DNA of 62,829 nucleotides, filler included, from Klebsormidium nitens (GCA_000708835.1; 11 parts of 11 records of this genome joined end to end with filler, not necessarily neighbours in it); one strand, 5' to 3'. Shown: positions 22,001 through 36,546, numbered from the whole stretch's first letter. Notes: generated by a model from the letters alone, not told the origin. Made by a program: numbers and translations.

Positions 22001-24360
22001 GTGAGGCAGCCGAGGCCTTGTTTACAATGCAGACGTAACGGTTAGGGTGCGGAATGTTGAGAAAGCAAGGTTCCAATTGAGATGAAGATTGCGCTCCCAA
22101 GTTGATGACAACCATTTGCTCGTGAGGTTGGAAAAGCTGAGAAGGAACTGCCTCGTGCGTCGACAACGGTAAAAAGGACTCTCTGTGTTCCAGACTCTCG
22201 TCTAATATTCTGTTATTTCGCAAGACGTTCACCGTGAAGTGCTGGAGAAGATTCGTGATGACGGCATAAGGTGAAAAAGTCGACGACCTCGTTCTTCTCT
22301 GGAAGGCGTATAGATGCTGCCTTGCACAAGCTAGCACTTCAAAGACCCCTTGCTTGACCCCCCAATTCTTCTCTTCTCTGCCAGGCCCTCAACTGGATCG
22401 AATGCGCTTCGTGCCCGAACCTGATTCCGCTCCTGGGGTTCACGATCCAGCAGGACACGTTCATTCCGCTCTTTGGGCTGGCGGATCCGTCCCCCGCCTG
22501 GACGGAAGCGGGTGTCAGGGTGCAGGAAAGCCCCTTTGAGCTGTACCGGGTGGCGGTGTTTGCGCACCACATTGCGCGCGCGCTCGCGGCCATGCACAGC
22601 CTCGGCTGGCTGCACTGGTGAGGACACCCGTTGCTGTCGCTTTCCGTTCTGGAAAATGCGAAGCAGGGGTTGCTAAGGAATGGAAGTCAAAGCGAAGTCT
22701 AGCAGGGTCGAGGAGGGAAAGCTTGGGAACTTGATGAGAAGATTGAAGTGGTCTGATTCTGGTCGCAATTATGGCTCCGTTTTCGAGCTCGTTCGTTGCG
22801 TGGTAAGTGCGACAAAAGTTTTCCTAGTCCAATCGGCTGCCGCTGCTCAGTGCTGAGCGGACCTGGTTTGGTGACTGCCACGTGCTTCTATTTACCGGTC
22901 TCGATGGCTCAGCTGAACTTTGTGAGCTGCTTCTGATGTGCCTGCAATCCTGTGTCGAGTTTTCGTACATCAAGCTGATCTCTCTTTTCCCCCTGCAGTG
23001 ACGTCAAGACCGACAACCTGCTCCTCAAGGACGGCTGCCCGGTGCTAGCCGACTTCGGGCTGGCCATCCACGAGCGTGACGCGCCGGGCAGGGGGTTGGT
23101 GAGCGCTCTTCGTTCTCCCTCCTCCTTCGCTGACCTTTCTCCTTTCTCCATCTTCGCTTACCTTCCTTCTTTTCTCCTCTTCGCTAGCCATTCCTCACTC
23201 TCTCTTCGCCGGCCTTTCACCCTTTTTGCTATCTTTCTCCTCTTTGGCCACTCTGTTCCGTCCATTCTTGGCTTTCAACAGCGTGCTATCTCACGAGCTT
23301 CCAACGAAAAAACCACTATAGGTTAGTAACATGAATTTCAGAGCGTCAATCCGACGAGTCTGCATTTGCTGAAGTCACCAACTAACCCACTAGTCGAGCG
23401 ACGTGGCTTCTCCTCAACACTGCCATCAGGCCTGAAACTTTGCCAAACCCTGCTTAAACCCGTCTGAACCCCGTACAAGCGATGCCAATTGCCCTTCTAA
23501 GTTATGCCTAGATGCTGTGTATCTACCGCTCTTCGAGCTTGTCAAACCTCGCATGAATCTCAAGTAAGCCCTGCCTAGATCGCCCCTTACCCCCCACTGA
23601 CCCTGACCAAACCCTGACGTAACCCTGCTTTTCTACAGTGCGGCAGCCGGGGCTACATCGGCCCCGAGGTGTACCTGAAGGGGTATCACACGCAGAAGGC
23701 CGACGTCTTCGCCCTCGGTGTCGTCATTTGGGCGCACGTCACGGGCGGCCGCCCCCACTACGGCTTCCGCGACACGCGGGTGAGGAGATCTTCGCCCTAG
23801 TTGTTTCTCGCGTGCTTCGAATGGGTCCCGTATGCACTGTGGCGATTGGACTGGTTGAACGCGCACTGTAATCCCTTGATCTTTTGCCCTCCGAACAATT
23901 TAAAAGGGATTCGAGGCATGTGTTCCGACCCTTGGTGCTCTAAGGTGATGCGATCGAAGCCTTCGCATACCTGCTCTCTTTCCGCTCTTGGCCAACTCGA
24001 CAGCCCTTGAAAAATGGGAAGTAAACACTACCAGATATGGACATCTGAACGGACCAACATTGACCAAGTTTACATATCTCTTATACTCCGGGCACCCATC
24101 GTTCTATTTCTAACCAACTTTTTCCCCTTTTATTTCCCCAGGCGCTGCTCGCGTGGATGGCCCTGGGCGGGTGGTACTCGTGGCCCGCGGAGGTGCACGC
24201 CCACGGCGGCGACCTCATGGCGCTGGCCGAGCGCTGCTGCGACGCCAACCCCGACCGGCGGCCCACCGCGTGCCAGCTGGCAGACGAGCTGCACGACGTT
24301 GCGGAGCTGCTGCGAGCGCAGTGCAGCGACACGGACATGGCGCGGGGGTGGGATGGCTAA
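19025..24360 (+). CDS. Spliced Ser/Thr (TKL-like) protein kinase, non-RD, with acidic/low-complexity N-terminal extension
   Basis: GT-AG exons in frame: 19025-19393, 19797-19982, (possible ~20125-20194), 20732-21283, 21527-21625, 21887-22000, 22385-22617, 22999-23098, 23639-23779, 24142-24360. Motifs: LGRGGQGAVY, VAAK, HCDVKTDN, DFG, GYIGPE, DVFALG, RRPT. Confidence 0.9.
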
Positions 24361-25886
24361 AGGAGGGAGGAGAGAAATTGGTCCATTGCGTGGAGAAGAT
24401 TGGGGACGGATTCTTCAGCAGGAGATGATTGGTCCCGGTCAGGCGTGTTGAGTATATTAGTGGATGATTGTCATTGCGCGCGCGCCATATCGAGAGTAGC
24501 AGGAATGTAGTATAGAGATAGACCGGACTGGACGAGTTGCTTGAGGGGGGCGGTATTACATTACAGAAAACTGCTTCTGGAGATTATTAATGCAGCAATA
24601 GTGTGTTGTGCTTCGGCGAGTTGGTGCTATAGAATAAGAGTGTCAAGCGGCGGGAGGAAGGGGGGGGGGGGCTTACGGACTGCATAATTGAAATCGCGAC
24701 CAAGGCGGGCAGCAAGGTTGGCCTGGTGTGTAAGGTTACATTAATGCGCTTCCAGTTTGATTATCTTATAATCATTATTGATGCTAAATTAGAGATACTG
24801 AGACTGCCCACCAGTTTGATTAGAACTGGAAGTACTGATCTACTTTTTGCAGCGGCTTCGCTACGCTAGCTGGTAGAAATTGACCAGCTGCATTTGACTT
24901 AGGATAGGAGAGCATAACTGCACGCAGTATCATGAAGATTGACAAAGGGACTGATCGTCTGCAGATGTGGGACAGTACAGTCCATTAATAGCCATTATTT
25001 GACCGCTTCAATCAAGTTGACTACGCGCTGTTTGAAAGATCGTTTGAGACTCACCGCGATCAAAGTACGACGGATTGCAAAAGCTGTCGTTATTTGCAGC
25101 TGACTCGGTACGGTACATCAGGACTCCTCCTGCATATCCGCTGGACTTCTATCCGATCTCATGCTGCCTATATCAATGATCTGGCGGCCTTCGCAAGCTC
25201 GTTTTCTATCTTTGCATGATTGCGCGCGATCACGGCGAGCTATAGCTCGAGCGTACCGTACCTTACATACGGTATCATTGTCCGACGCTGCATGAAGCTG
25301 ATCGATGTACTTGACCTACTCGAATGCAATTGTGACGATATCCAGATTGAAGTGCATATATCGCGCAGCGCAGGGCCTCGCGCGAAGTTCGTTAAAATAT
25401 CGCTCCAATCGATCGGCGCGGCCGCCTGTGCTGTCATATGAAGACACAAGCGTGATCCGATATAGAGTCCATTATTGTCTATATATAGAGGTATACGACG
25501 GTCGCCGCCTGGTATAGCCGGCATGCAGCACGCGGGCCTATATGTATCGCAATCTTCATGCACGTGCATGCATCAACTTAAGCAAATCTATATAGTCTCG
25601 TCTTGAAGCGTAATATTGGTTCTTTGTGATTTTGCGCGGGCGGCCAGCATATCTATACGCACAGATACTCGGAATGATGATCTTATTCTTTCTACATTGT
25701 GTAGGTCGACCCGACCTTGATGATGTCTGAGTTAGCGCATGCTGGCTGACTTTGCATAAACCATGGCATGACCTCAGCTTGTTTATACCTCTGCTTTATA
25801 CAGTTGCTTTATTGCTGAAGGAACAAGTATTAGTCTCTGCTGATGTACTCAATGCAAAATGTTTTGAGCCAATCGGACGAGGAAGG

Positions 25887-28800
25887 TCAGTCGATAACAC
25901 TGTCAACAATCCGCTCTACCATAGCCGCATGCATAGGCAGAACGGAACTTCTGCAGCCCCCGGTGTCGGTGGCGTTTAACCACGACAGAGCATGGAAGCC
26001 CTCAATGATCGACTCTAGCAGTTTTGCGCCCTGCTGACCATTTTCTACCGGGGTGAGTGTATTTACATTGTCGACGCAAACCGCGAAGTGGCTGATCAAG
26101 TCCACGCGTACTGCGGCCGGCCAGTCGTCCCCGGCCACGAACGATCCGACCCCGGACATGACGTCACAAACGGCACGCGTCTCGTCCCTGACGTCACCCA
26201 AGAGGTAGCCGCTTGCGACTGGGGTTAGCGGGGGTTCAACTTGCCCGTCTTGACTTAGACCGCGGGTTAGGCGTTGCAGCGGCTTGGAGGGGATGAAAAG
26301 CTGGTCGTTCCGGTTTGGGGGCACCGCGCGGGCGGACATGCCGGCAATCGGGTTGCTGCCGCTTCCTGCACGAGGAAACCGCGCACACTCAACAAACTGC
26401 ATGGCCAGATGATAGGGCAAAACTTAAGAAGGCGCAGCAGATTGAGACGACGAATCGACACTGCAAGCTGACGGCAAAGGGCTTCCAGATTCTGCACGAA
26501 GCTCCAAAAGTTGGTCAATCTGTATTACGCAGATCGTGTTCGATGCTCCTGCCCAATGACCCACCCTCTCTTCCTCGTCGTCATGACAATTCCCTAGAAT
26601 ATTCGCTTTTCCCGTGGGCGAAGACTGTTGAGTGAAGCCACTTTGAAGCCACACACGCAAGGAGTCTGAGCTGACAACCCGCAGCAATGACGTCACGATG
26701 GCCTCACCCTGCCGCTCGTCTCCCCCGTGCACCAACTGCAGGCTGCGCTCCCGCTCAAGCACTACCAACGTGACGCTTGCAAGTGACCCACGTGGCTCCC
26801 TTCTCCCCGTTTCGGGGGGGCTCTGGAAACCGCGTTCGTCACCTCCCCCAAAGCGGCCGCCGAACGCGCCGGGGGAGACAGGGCTCAGGCACTGCTGCTC
26901 CAAAAATGGGAACCGTTCCATGTCAGGGGGGAGCGCGTCGCCCCCCATTTCGAGGCTGAGGTTTCGCCCGTGGCCCGGCACACCCCCTGAAGCGAAGCGC
27001 TCGTCATGCGCCATATCGGCGCCACTTGGCGGAGACCGACCAGCGTGCAGGACCGGCCGGAGCATCTTGCTGACGTCATGCTGACGCCCTCCTAGGAGGC
27101 GCGCCCAAACCAGCGACTCCTCGTGGGGGATCCCCCCAAGGCGGGACATGATGACGTGGCAAGGGGGGGAGATCTCGCCTTCGGGGATGGCCGCCTCCAC
27201 CAGCGCAAGTAGATATTCACACTGGTCCAGGAGTCCGCCCAGCAGAGCCTCCAAAGCCTGGTGTGAACACGCACCCTCTACTTCTAAGTGCGTATCCTTC
27301 TGCGGAGGCTCTAGATTCAAATCATTCTCCAAGGGCCCCGCTCTTCGTTGAACCCCCCCGGACTGGGACAATTCTGGTCCGTCCCCTTCAGCCAGTCCTG
27401 GCTGCAAAAGCTCTGCCATTCCTGCCGAAAGTGACCCCCCAATTTCTGCAACGTCCGTTCTCCGACTCCGCAGAGCATTGTCGCCCGCAAGAGTCTGGAC
27501 GTACGCATCGAGCAGCTCCCCCTGTCCGTCGGTCCACACGCTGACAAGTGTCGCCCCGTCATTCGCCCACACATAGCAGCAATGCACCGAGGAGCCCGCC
27601 CCGAGATCGTGTTCCCCCGCCTCTAGTTCGCCCGTCTCCCTCTCTTCCGAGCGCCCGGTAGGTCCAACCGGGCAGATCGGGGGGTGCTCCGCCAACACAA
27701 CCAGCGGCTCAAACAAGAGCGGCCCGTCCCCTCCTGGGTCGCCCGACCCCGCACCCTCCTCCTGCGCCTTGCCCTTCGAAGAACCGTCGATATTAATGCC
27801 ACGTGGCAGCTTGCGATTCGTTCCCCGGGCCTTTGTGTACACGTCGAAAGCGACCCGCTTGAAAGCTTCCTGCGCCCCGGTTTGGAACCCCGCCCGCGTC
27901 ACGTCTCTTTCCGAAATGACTTGCAGAGTGAGCCGGGTATCTGCGAGGCTGGTTTGAGTGACCCCGAGTGAGATTCCGCTGGTTCCGGAGGTCCGGTGTC
28001 CGGTTCTGTCCCCCGAAAGGATACTTGCGATTGTCGCGGTTGCGGTTTTCGCCTGGTCGTCGGTGCAGAGCGGGAGAACCACGTAGACCACCTGGCAGGA
28101 TGAATGCACTCTGATTGTTGATTATTGACGGGGATGAGATTTACGAGCAGAGTACGAAATTTGAGACGGTAATCACTGAGCGACAAAGAAGGACGACAGC
28201 ATAAGTACAACACATGCAGGGCGCCTTTGCAACAGGCCCCATAACGCCCGTCTGTTCCAACGATCAGGAACTGAGAGCAAAGAAGAGGCTCCTGAACGAA
28301 TACTATTCAACAAGAGGTTTTTTTTGAAGCAAGCGAAGAGCGTAAAACAATCCGTTTGCACACCCACAGCGACAAAAACCAGAGTTATTCTTCGCAAAAC
28401 TTTTGCAGAAGTCGGGTTGGTGACCAATTCCATATGGGTAACTTTTGCACGGCACATCCAATAAATCAGAGCTACCAAAGACTTTTCGACCGGTTCCAGG
28501 CCGGACGAATCCACCTTTGCAGAATGGACCATGTCCATAGAAGCTTCCAGTCCGCTTCAAGGGCGTAAGCAAAGATCGAATGCATTGCTCACCACGCACG
28601 GGTCCTCGCTGCCTTCTCTGCCCTCGCGCCCATTCCCACCGACTAGTCGCAGCCTTGTTGCCGCGGTGCGAATACCCTCCACAAACGCCTCTACCCGTTC
28701 CCCCCCCGACTTCAGAGTAGCCTCGTTTCCAACCGTCGGATCTGAAGCAATTGCCACTGACGCAATCCCTGGGGCGCTTGCAGTAGCCAGATCGGGTGGC

Positions 28801-31800
28801 AGGGAAGCTGCCACGTGGCTGCCCAGCTGGCACATCTCGTACGTCGATCCGACCTCCTTTAAATACCGTCCGCACAGCGAAACCAGCTCCGAAGTGGCAG
28901 GGCAGAAAGCGTAGTAAACAACCGATTTCGGGGCCGCGTATGGCTCCAGGGGGGCCTTTTCCCACTGCTTCAGAACCCCCTGCGGAATCCTCAGCCAGTC
29001 TTCCTGGTACCCGACCAGAAACGGGGGGGCGCTCAGAAGCTTGAAAATGCCCACGTCCGTTTCCACCGTCTCCGCATCCGTTACGTCCGGGTTCTCTAGC
29101 GGGGGGACAGATTTGCCTGCGGAACCGACCCCCCCGGAAGGTTTTAGGGTGACGGCCCATAGCTGGGGGGGTGTCACTGGGTGCTCGATTGCAGGAGACC
29201 CAATTTGCATCGCGAGGGGAGGCTTGAGCACTCCCCCGAAACTCTTCTCTTGACACAGCTCATCAACCGTCAGCGGACCGCAAAACTTATCCTCCCCAAA
29301 CGCGGCCCGAAACGCTTCAGAGACATCCGAAGCCAACACCTCAGCAACTGCAACAGCAGATACCGGTCCAACTGCTGCGAGCTCCGGTTCGTCCCAGGGA
29401 CCGGTTCTAAACCCGGCTTCAATATTGTGGCAACCCGAGACTGCCTGTTGCAACAAGAGCGGAGAAAGCAGTCTCCGCTTTCTTTCCACCCCAGCCCCCC
29501 AATCCGGCGTTGCTTTTTGGAACCCCTTGTCGGAGCTTCCTTCCACAGACCCTCGTAAAAGCAGCCCCGGTTGCTGCTGGTTCGGAGCACTTGCAGACCC
29601 CGCCCACTCAGAATGGATCCCCGCCAAAGCGTCGGCACTGGGTTGCAGAAAACCCGTTTCTGAACCGATTCCGTCATTGCTAGCCGCTGCCAAAAGCCCG
29701 TTTCTTCGGGTCAGCCTGGCAGCCTCCCGTTGCAAGAGCACTAGGTCTGTAGCAACGACGCTCCGCAGCCGAGCGGAAAAACGTTGTCCGCTCAAGCCTT
29801 CCTCCTTCTGCTCAAAGGGGCGCCCCTTTCCTTCACTGTTCCGCTTTCCGGCCTTCCGTTCTCCCGCTCTCCCGACTTCCTCCTGCGCATCCCTTGGCTC
29901 GCTTCCGTTTCCGTCGTTCGGCTTCCCGGAACCCTCTAGATGTTCCCCACTTCTCTCCGCCACAACCAGCTCCCCTTTCCGGGTTTTCCGCACCCTCGGC
30001 TTCGGATACTTTCCCCTTAGCTGCACTTCCTCAGCCGGACCCTCATCCAATCCGGACGTGCCAGCTGGCAGCGCCTCATAAGCCGTGCCCTTTCCCTGCC
30101 CAAGCACCGCCCGAATAAAGTCGACTTTCGTCTCCTCAGGTCGATAACGGACACGGGTCGCGTCCTCATGGGAGGAATCGCTCCGCGCTGGCAGACTCAG
30201 CTGAGCCGCCCTGTACTCGGGGGGAACCAAGAGCAGCCCGTCGTCCTCTTCAGCGACCCCCCCTGAGGGTTTAGTCTGCGCTAGACTGTAGGTTGGACTC
30301 GGAGAACCTTCTTGAAGACCTTTGGAAAGCGGCCGTTCGTTGGTTGTGGGCTCCAAAAACAGGTCGTCCAACAGAACCTTTAAAGGTTCACTGGGGTCCA
30401 CTTCGCTTGCTCCTGCCGAGAAATGGGAAGCGGTTCCGTCGCGAGCACCAGGTAACGGCTCAGCAGCAGAGGCACTTGGGGAAATGACGTCCTCGAGGAT
30501 GGGTGCTTCTGTGGCGGCTTCGGGGCTGCCTTTAGGTGATGTTCCGGGGAGCTGCGAAAGGAAGGAGTAGACGTTTGGTTTGTCAGTCTTGAGAGGATAG
30601 AAAAAGTCTTGACGATGCAAGCCCTGAAGGAAGTAATGCAGGTCCGAATCTCATTTTCTGACGATATCGAATGGGCGCAAAGGTCTGACAGTCTTGGCAC
30701 AGGTAAAACTCGTCAGATGACCTGAAACATGCCCGTTTACAGAGGCTGTTCTTCGACACATTTCCGCTTGCATGAGCAAGGATGATGTCATACCTACATA
30801 CATAAAACAAGAAGTACTTACAATCATGATACAGCACGTGGAGTCAGACGTGCTTACCTCGCCAAAGCCCCCCACGTCCGCAAACGCGTCCCCGAAGTCC
30901 GCGAAATCCGCTAGGAGCCCCACCTCCATCCCGTCGTCCTGCCACCAGCCCGCTCCGGTGCCGGCGCCCCCTTCCCCAGCCCCGGAACCCAAAAGCTCCA
31001 AACTTTGCGCCCCCCCCTCGGTTTTCTGCACTTTACTAGGCGGTCCGTCGTCTTTCCGCAGCCCCTCTGACCGGTCCCGCTTGTGACCCGCGACCTCCGC
31101 CTTGACACCAGGCTCTGGCAACTGCCCCTCCGCAGGCTCGTCCTCTGCGTCGGTGTCAACTAAGCTTCCGCTTTCGCTTCCGCTGTCATCGTCGCTGGCT
31201 TCTTGCTCGGACGGCCAGCCGGCAAGGCTGGCCACCTGCGGGTTTTCGAAACCGTTTGTGACGCCGACACCGCTAACCGTCTCTAAACCCATGCCGATCC
31301 GGAGCTCGGCCGCGCATTGCCTGAGGTTCGGCAGTGAGACCAGCACCCGCTCAACCGGGAGGATCAGCCTGTCCGGCCCAGCTGAGTTCCGCCCGGCCGA
31401 AGTTCGTCCGGCCGGATTCAGTTGGTCTGGACTCTGTTTAGGGCAATCAAGTGCAGAGAGACTTTGAGCGACTGAAGCCTTGTTGAGGACCTGAAACCCC
31501 CTGTCCGATTCTTCAGCAGTGGCAGGGCCGCCGGCAGGCGGGTGATCAGAATCCCGACCCGTCTGTGTATCCGCCTCCCGATTCTCCTCAGACTCGTCTT
31601 CTAGTATTCCAGCCGGCCGCTGTTCCACTTCGACCTTATCCAACTCCAGAGGGTTTCGAAGGGTTTCGGATGGCCGCCTGGTAACCCCAGCCTTTATGCC
31701 CGCATGTGAGCTCCCGTCAAACTGTACTTCCACATGCTGACCAATCCCCTCCGCACGACCCTCATGCTTTCCCCGTCGTTTTTCAGACTTCTTCGCAGCC

Positions 31801-34800
31801 CGGTGCTTTTCCCGGCTGTCCAAGTCCTCAGAACGTGGCTCGAAGTCGAGGGGTTGGGTTAAGTCAGGCTGGGTTAGCCGTGCCACGAGTTCAGGGGAGC
31901 AAGAGCCGAGAAGGAAGGCGGGCTCGCCAGAGGGGCTGCAGATGACTGCAAGGAAGGGGACAAAGGATTTACGTCTCTGCGCGTGAGCACAACGATGGGT
32001 CTTTCTAAACCAGACGGAAGGTGCGGGCGCAACAGCGGCCGTTGGAAAAGTAGCTTGGACATACAGAAGTTGTCCAATATCAACAGGATGAAAGTGATTG
32101 GCAAAGAACATGGTGGAAAAGGATCCAGCCGAGGACTCATACAACGTCTTGAAGACTTGAGGGGGAAGCCCAGACGCGAAGCTCCTTTTCAAGGTCAGAA
32201 GTGCGACGAGAGAACCAGCCGATACATGAAGCATAGAGTGCATTGAAGGCCATTACAGAAACATATAGCAGCTTTTTCTTTCATTGCGAAGACATACAGA
32301 ATTTGTGGCTCAAAAAGGACGTGAGCTTAAGGCATCAGCACTTCTCTGGAGGACATGCCATGTCTTCTCCTTACCTTTGAGCGGGCGACTGGCGGAAAGG
32401 TCGCTCAGTTTAAGACGGCGCACATTCCTGCACGCGGGATGACGTTACTATTTTTACGGCCGCCAATCAAAGCTTCACTTCTGACTGAAGTGGCACCCTG
32501 ATGACGTCACAAGTTGCTGAACCCGCATGCCAATCTGCATAGCTCATTTAAAATCTAGGTCAAAGCGCAACGTGACCTCCTCGATCACAAAGTCTCTGTT
32601 TCCCGGATGATCTGTCAAAACATAGATTAGACTTTGTTTCCACGAAGGCGGGTGAAAAGCGGAGCAGGATGCTTTGGAGATCCTAACCGAAGAGCCATTC
32701 GCCACAAGCCGTGTCAAACGGGACAACGCCAGGTCTTTCTTAGCAGACGGCAGCCATACCAATATTTCACTTGCACGGTGGAAACGGAGCACTCCTCGTC
32801 GCAAGTGCCTCGTTTCGTTGTGCGGCTTCGATAGCAATTGGGCATCTCAGGAGAGCTTACCGCCTTGAAACATTCGCCTGGAGGTAGAGGGAGTCGGGGC
32901 TGCTCAAAAGACGGACCTCGCACGCAAGGAGGGGACTGCATACCAAGTAGCGAACAAAAAAATCGAGGAGGCGCCCACTGGAATACAGGAGCGCTCAAGC
33001 CAGCTTCGAACCAACCATGTGCCTGTTTTCAACGGTGATTATCTGTGGGCTCAAGCAAGTTGCATGTATGCTTCGGTTTGGAGACCTAGGGTTGATAGCC
33101 GTGCTGGCGGTTTCTCACCCACAGCCTTATTGGTCGATGCGGCCCTTTGGGTCAATGTGGCCCATTAATAAGAAGCCCGACGGATTACCAATACGCAGCT
33201 GCGTTTTGCAACGTCGAAAACGTAGTTGCGCAAAAGCAGGGAGGGAGGTAGAAAATCCTGACATCGCAAGCGAACGTTCGCGGTCTCAATGTCTCGGTCA
33301 GAACACTGCTACGAGTCCCAATCTCTCAACGGTCGTTTTGGCCCCAACCCACCTCTCTACTGACGGGTCTTGTCGTCCGGTGCGGATGAACACGTCCCCA
33401 AATTTGTGGTAGGACAGGTCCTTGAACGCCCTGGAGTTCGTGAATACAAAAGGCTTGTTAGAAAGACTGACAGGTGCAGATGCAAGGGGACAGCAGCTTA
33501 GACTTAGCGTCAACAGTCGCTTGAGATTGGTAGGTGAAAACAAAGCCTAAATGCCGTACTTCCCTTGCACTGGATCCTTTCGCCGAAAGTTGCCCTCTTG
33601 GACCGCGTTGGAAGACCATCTGTCCGAGCATGGTCCAAGCAGTTCTTTCATCTGATAAACTCGCCCTGAAAGAGCAAGGCGTTGCTTGGCAGTGCTCAGC
33701 ACCCGGCGGTCTTTTCTAACTTATTACTAAGTCGAGATGGATTGACCGTTTTGAGAAATGTCGGGCTCGCTGCCTTTAAGACTTTGTCTTGAGAATCTCA
33801 AAACTGAATGACGAATTTCGCAACAGACTAGGTCAGAAACGGATTTACCCTTCAGGGCTACGAGCAAACGAGCAATTGGATTGGCAGCTGATATTCTGAC
33901 CTGGTAGATATCGAGTCTCCATCATTCGTCCTACGATGGCCACGTATTTGCGACACACGTTTCCGACCACCTTGTTTTGCCAGAGTCAATTCGAGCTTGG
34001 TAACCGTACCTACTGCGACACCATGATTTCCAGGTGATTGTATAAGAGTTTTGACTCACCTTTCCAGCTTATTGGCGATTGCTTGCGAGAGCGCGTCAGA
34101 GACCGATGGCTGCCGTGATTGGGGGCTCCATGTTCCAGTTGCGGTCACTGTCAAACACACTCATAAGTGGTCAATCAGTCTGCTAGGCTGAGCACTAGAT
34201 CTGCCGGCTAACTCGGCCTTAACCTAGAGGTAACCAGCTTCCGATTCAGATCGCTTTTCATAAGGGCCCACCTAGTTCCGAAGATTGTTTATCCCATTTT
34301 TCCAGCTTCTCTGTTTGAACCGACAGGAATCAATTCTAACTTCTTGTTTCGAGAATCGCAGTTCTTTGCTCAATTCTTACTTTGATACAAGCATCATCAA
34401 TATTGCTGGCCGCGAGCCTCAACCGTCAACAGTGGTTTGCAACATCGCTTGAGCGACTCGCTGCGTACCTTGGAAGCCGGGTAGCAGCATCAGCAGTTCT
34501 TTGTTTGGATCATCGCTGGGGGCGGAGGACACCGTCTCAAAGTGCCAGAGCTCGAGGGGGGAGGCTGGAGAACCAAGATCCATGCCAGGATTTGTACAGG
34601 GGCAAGTCGGCTGACGACACTGAAGGTATTCAACGGTTTGAGAACAGCCAGCAGTTAAGTAAAGAAACAGAGCTGAGGCCCCTGGATGAAGTGTGGGGCC
34701 TTCTTTTGAGAACTGCCAGGCTCCCTAGGTCACCTCTTCTACTTAACATATCTTGCTCTTGAGAATGTTGACACCAGACTAAGATGCAAGTCAGGCGTCC

Positions 34801-35671
34801 AGGCGGGGAGCTTGAAGAATTATTTTCATAACTTCCGTCACAACGATTGCACCAAGGACCAGGATAATGTTGAGACGGGCGGCCGGCAGTCTGTCAAAAC
34901 TCTCGATCGCTAGCAACTCTTCAAATGATACTATATGTCACGTAGTAGAAGAGTTTATGTTTTCCTGAAGACCTTGTCATGGGTTTACGTCGGAACGCCT
35001 CACTCTGTACTCCCCCCCCTGTTTTTGTATCATCGCTTGGTATTACTCTCCATGTTGTCAAGTGCCCCAGGTTCAGAAGCTTTAAAAACGCCTCTAACAC
35101 CAGATTGGCAGCCTCTGTGCCCCCGGCTGGCCCCCCAGCTTCTGGTGTCAAGAGAACCCAGTGAAGCCTCTCATAACCAGTCTGTGGAGCGGCCAAAGTT
35201 AGGCAAACTTGTTCCCGGGATGTGGGCAAGAGCTCTCTTTGTCATGAGCTCCTTTATCGTGTTGTGCTTAGAGGGGCAAAATTTACACATTACCACTCTT
35301 TCAAAGGACATCAGACACCAAATGCAGGAATTTATGCGAGCTGTCGCTGTATTGCTTGGGTGACCAGCATTCGAGCGAGGACGGTAGATGCACAGGTGTG
35401 TTAGTCTAGCATAATGCAGCAAAAGTGGTGCGTGCTGAGGCGCGGAGTTGAGATTACCAATGAATTCCTGCTTTACCTCCCAAGCATTTTGACCAGATTT
35501 CACCTCCTCCTTTGAAGCATGAGGACTTGCCACAGTACTCGCCGACAAAAGTCATGCAATGAAAGCTGGACTAGGGTACCCCATTTCCTTACATAAAGGT
35601 GAAAGTTAATCTACGCACAAAGATGGTGCAATGCAGATGACTTACCAATCTGAAGATGTTTGAGAGCACCA
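25887..35671 (-). CDS. MED13: Mediator of RNA polymerase II transcription subunit 13 (multi-exon)
   Basis: Exons match recalled plant MED13/GCT motifs in the right order: MVLSNIFRL (ATG 35671), ANLVLEAFLKLLNLGHLTTW, KELLMLLPG, DALSQAIANKLER|AFKDLSYHKFGDVF, VICSPSG, FLVGYQEDWL...WEKAPLEPYA, HCCYVW...SVWTDGQGELLD, LESIIEGFHALSWL...VLPMH. Consistent GT-AG junctions. Confidence 0.9.
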
Positions 35672-35808
35672 TTGCTATCGCCTCACTTCCATAACTTTCG
35701 ATTCTGGCACCTCAAAAAGATTGCCCTTGTCCTCACATCACTGTTCTCTTCACCTGCTGGCCACTTCGCAGAAACGCTAAATTCAAGAACTCTCATGCCT
35801 CAGCCACC

Positions 35809-36546
35809 ATGCACCATTGCACGGGCAGTGTAGCACCCTCCATTCGCCTCGTCTTTCCAACGGTCAGGCCTGCACTCCCTCTCCCAGGGCCAAAGGTCCT
35901 CCCAATCTCTTGCATGGAAACAGAAGGTCTGGTGTTCGATTCACTAAACAATATTTTCAAAGAGGATTTCATCCGTCTTGGCATAGAATCCGATGGAAAT
36001 TGCCTTTTCAGATCAATCAATGTCGCTCGCGGCCTGCTAGGATCCCAGCATATGATCCTGCGAAACTTGTGCGTTCGCCACATAGTGATGAACTGGAACA
36101 GATACTCATTGTACGCAAACTTTTGCCAAAAACCTGATGTCCCCGAGGCCCCGTCCACGGAAAGTATCAGCTCGTCCCAATTGTTTCCAAACGCTCAAGC
36201 TTACAGTAACTACATGGGTCAAGATGGGAACTGGGGAAGTCAACTTGAAATTAATGTGCTAGCGCACGTACTCCAAGTGCCAATTCTCGTTTGGAAATTG
36301 GAAACAAGAAAACCAATGGACATAATAAATTACAGGCCGCAAACCAATCGATCGGCAAATATGATACATATTGTTCACTGCAACGGCAACCACTATGAAG
36401 CACTCATTTACCCAGGAGGCCGAGATACGAACATATTATTAACGAAACATTTGGCGGAACAACAATTAGCTGAGCGCGAGCTAATTCGAATTCCAAATCA
36501 AGAAACTTCGACTTCAGAACGTCGAGATTCTCAACTTAGATGCTGA
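35809..36546 (+). CDS. OTU-family cysteine protease (deubiquitinase-like) domain, intronless
   Basis: IESDGNCLFRSI (catalytic Cys loop), WGSQLEINVLAHVLQVPILVW, NGNHYEAL (catalytic His). Confidence 0.85.
   Translation: MHHCTGSVAPSIRLVFPTVRPALPLPGPKVLPISCMETEGLVFDSLNNIFKEDFIRLGIESDGNCLFRSINVARGLLGSQHMILRNLCVRHIVMNWNRYSLYANFCQKPDVPEAPSTESISSSQLFPNAQAYSNYMGQDGNWGSQLEINVLAHVLQVPILVWKLETRKPMDIINYRPQTNRSANMIHIVHCNGNHYEALIYPGGRDTNILLTKHLAEQQLAERELIRIPNQETSTSERRDSQLRC

Noticed and set aside
26698-30700. Many overlapping plus-strand and alternative-frame ORFs within MED13
   Set aside because: Shadow ORFs of GC-rich coding sequence; the MED13 frames explain the region.
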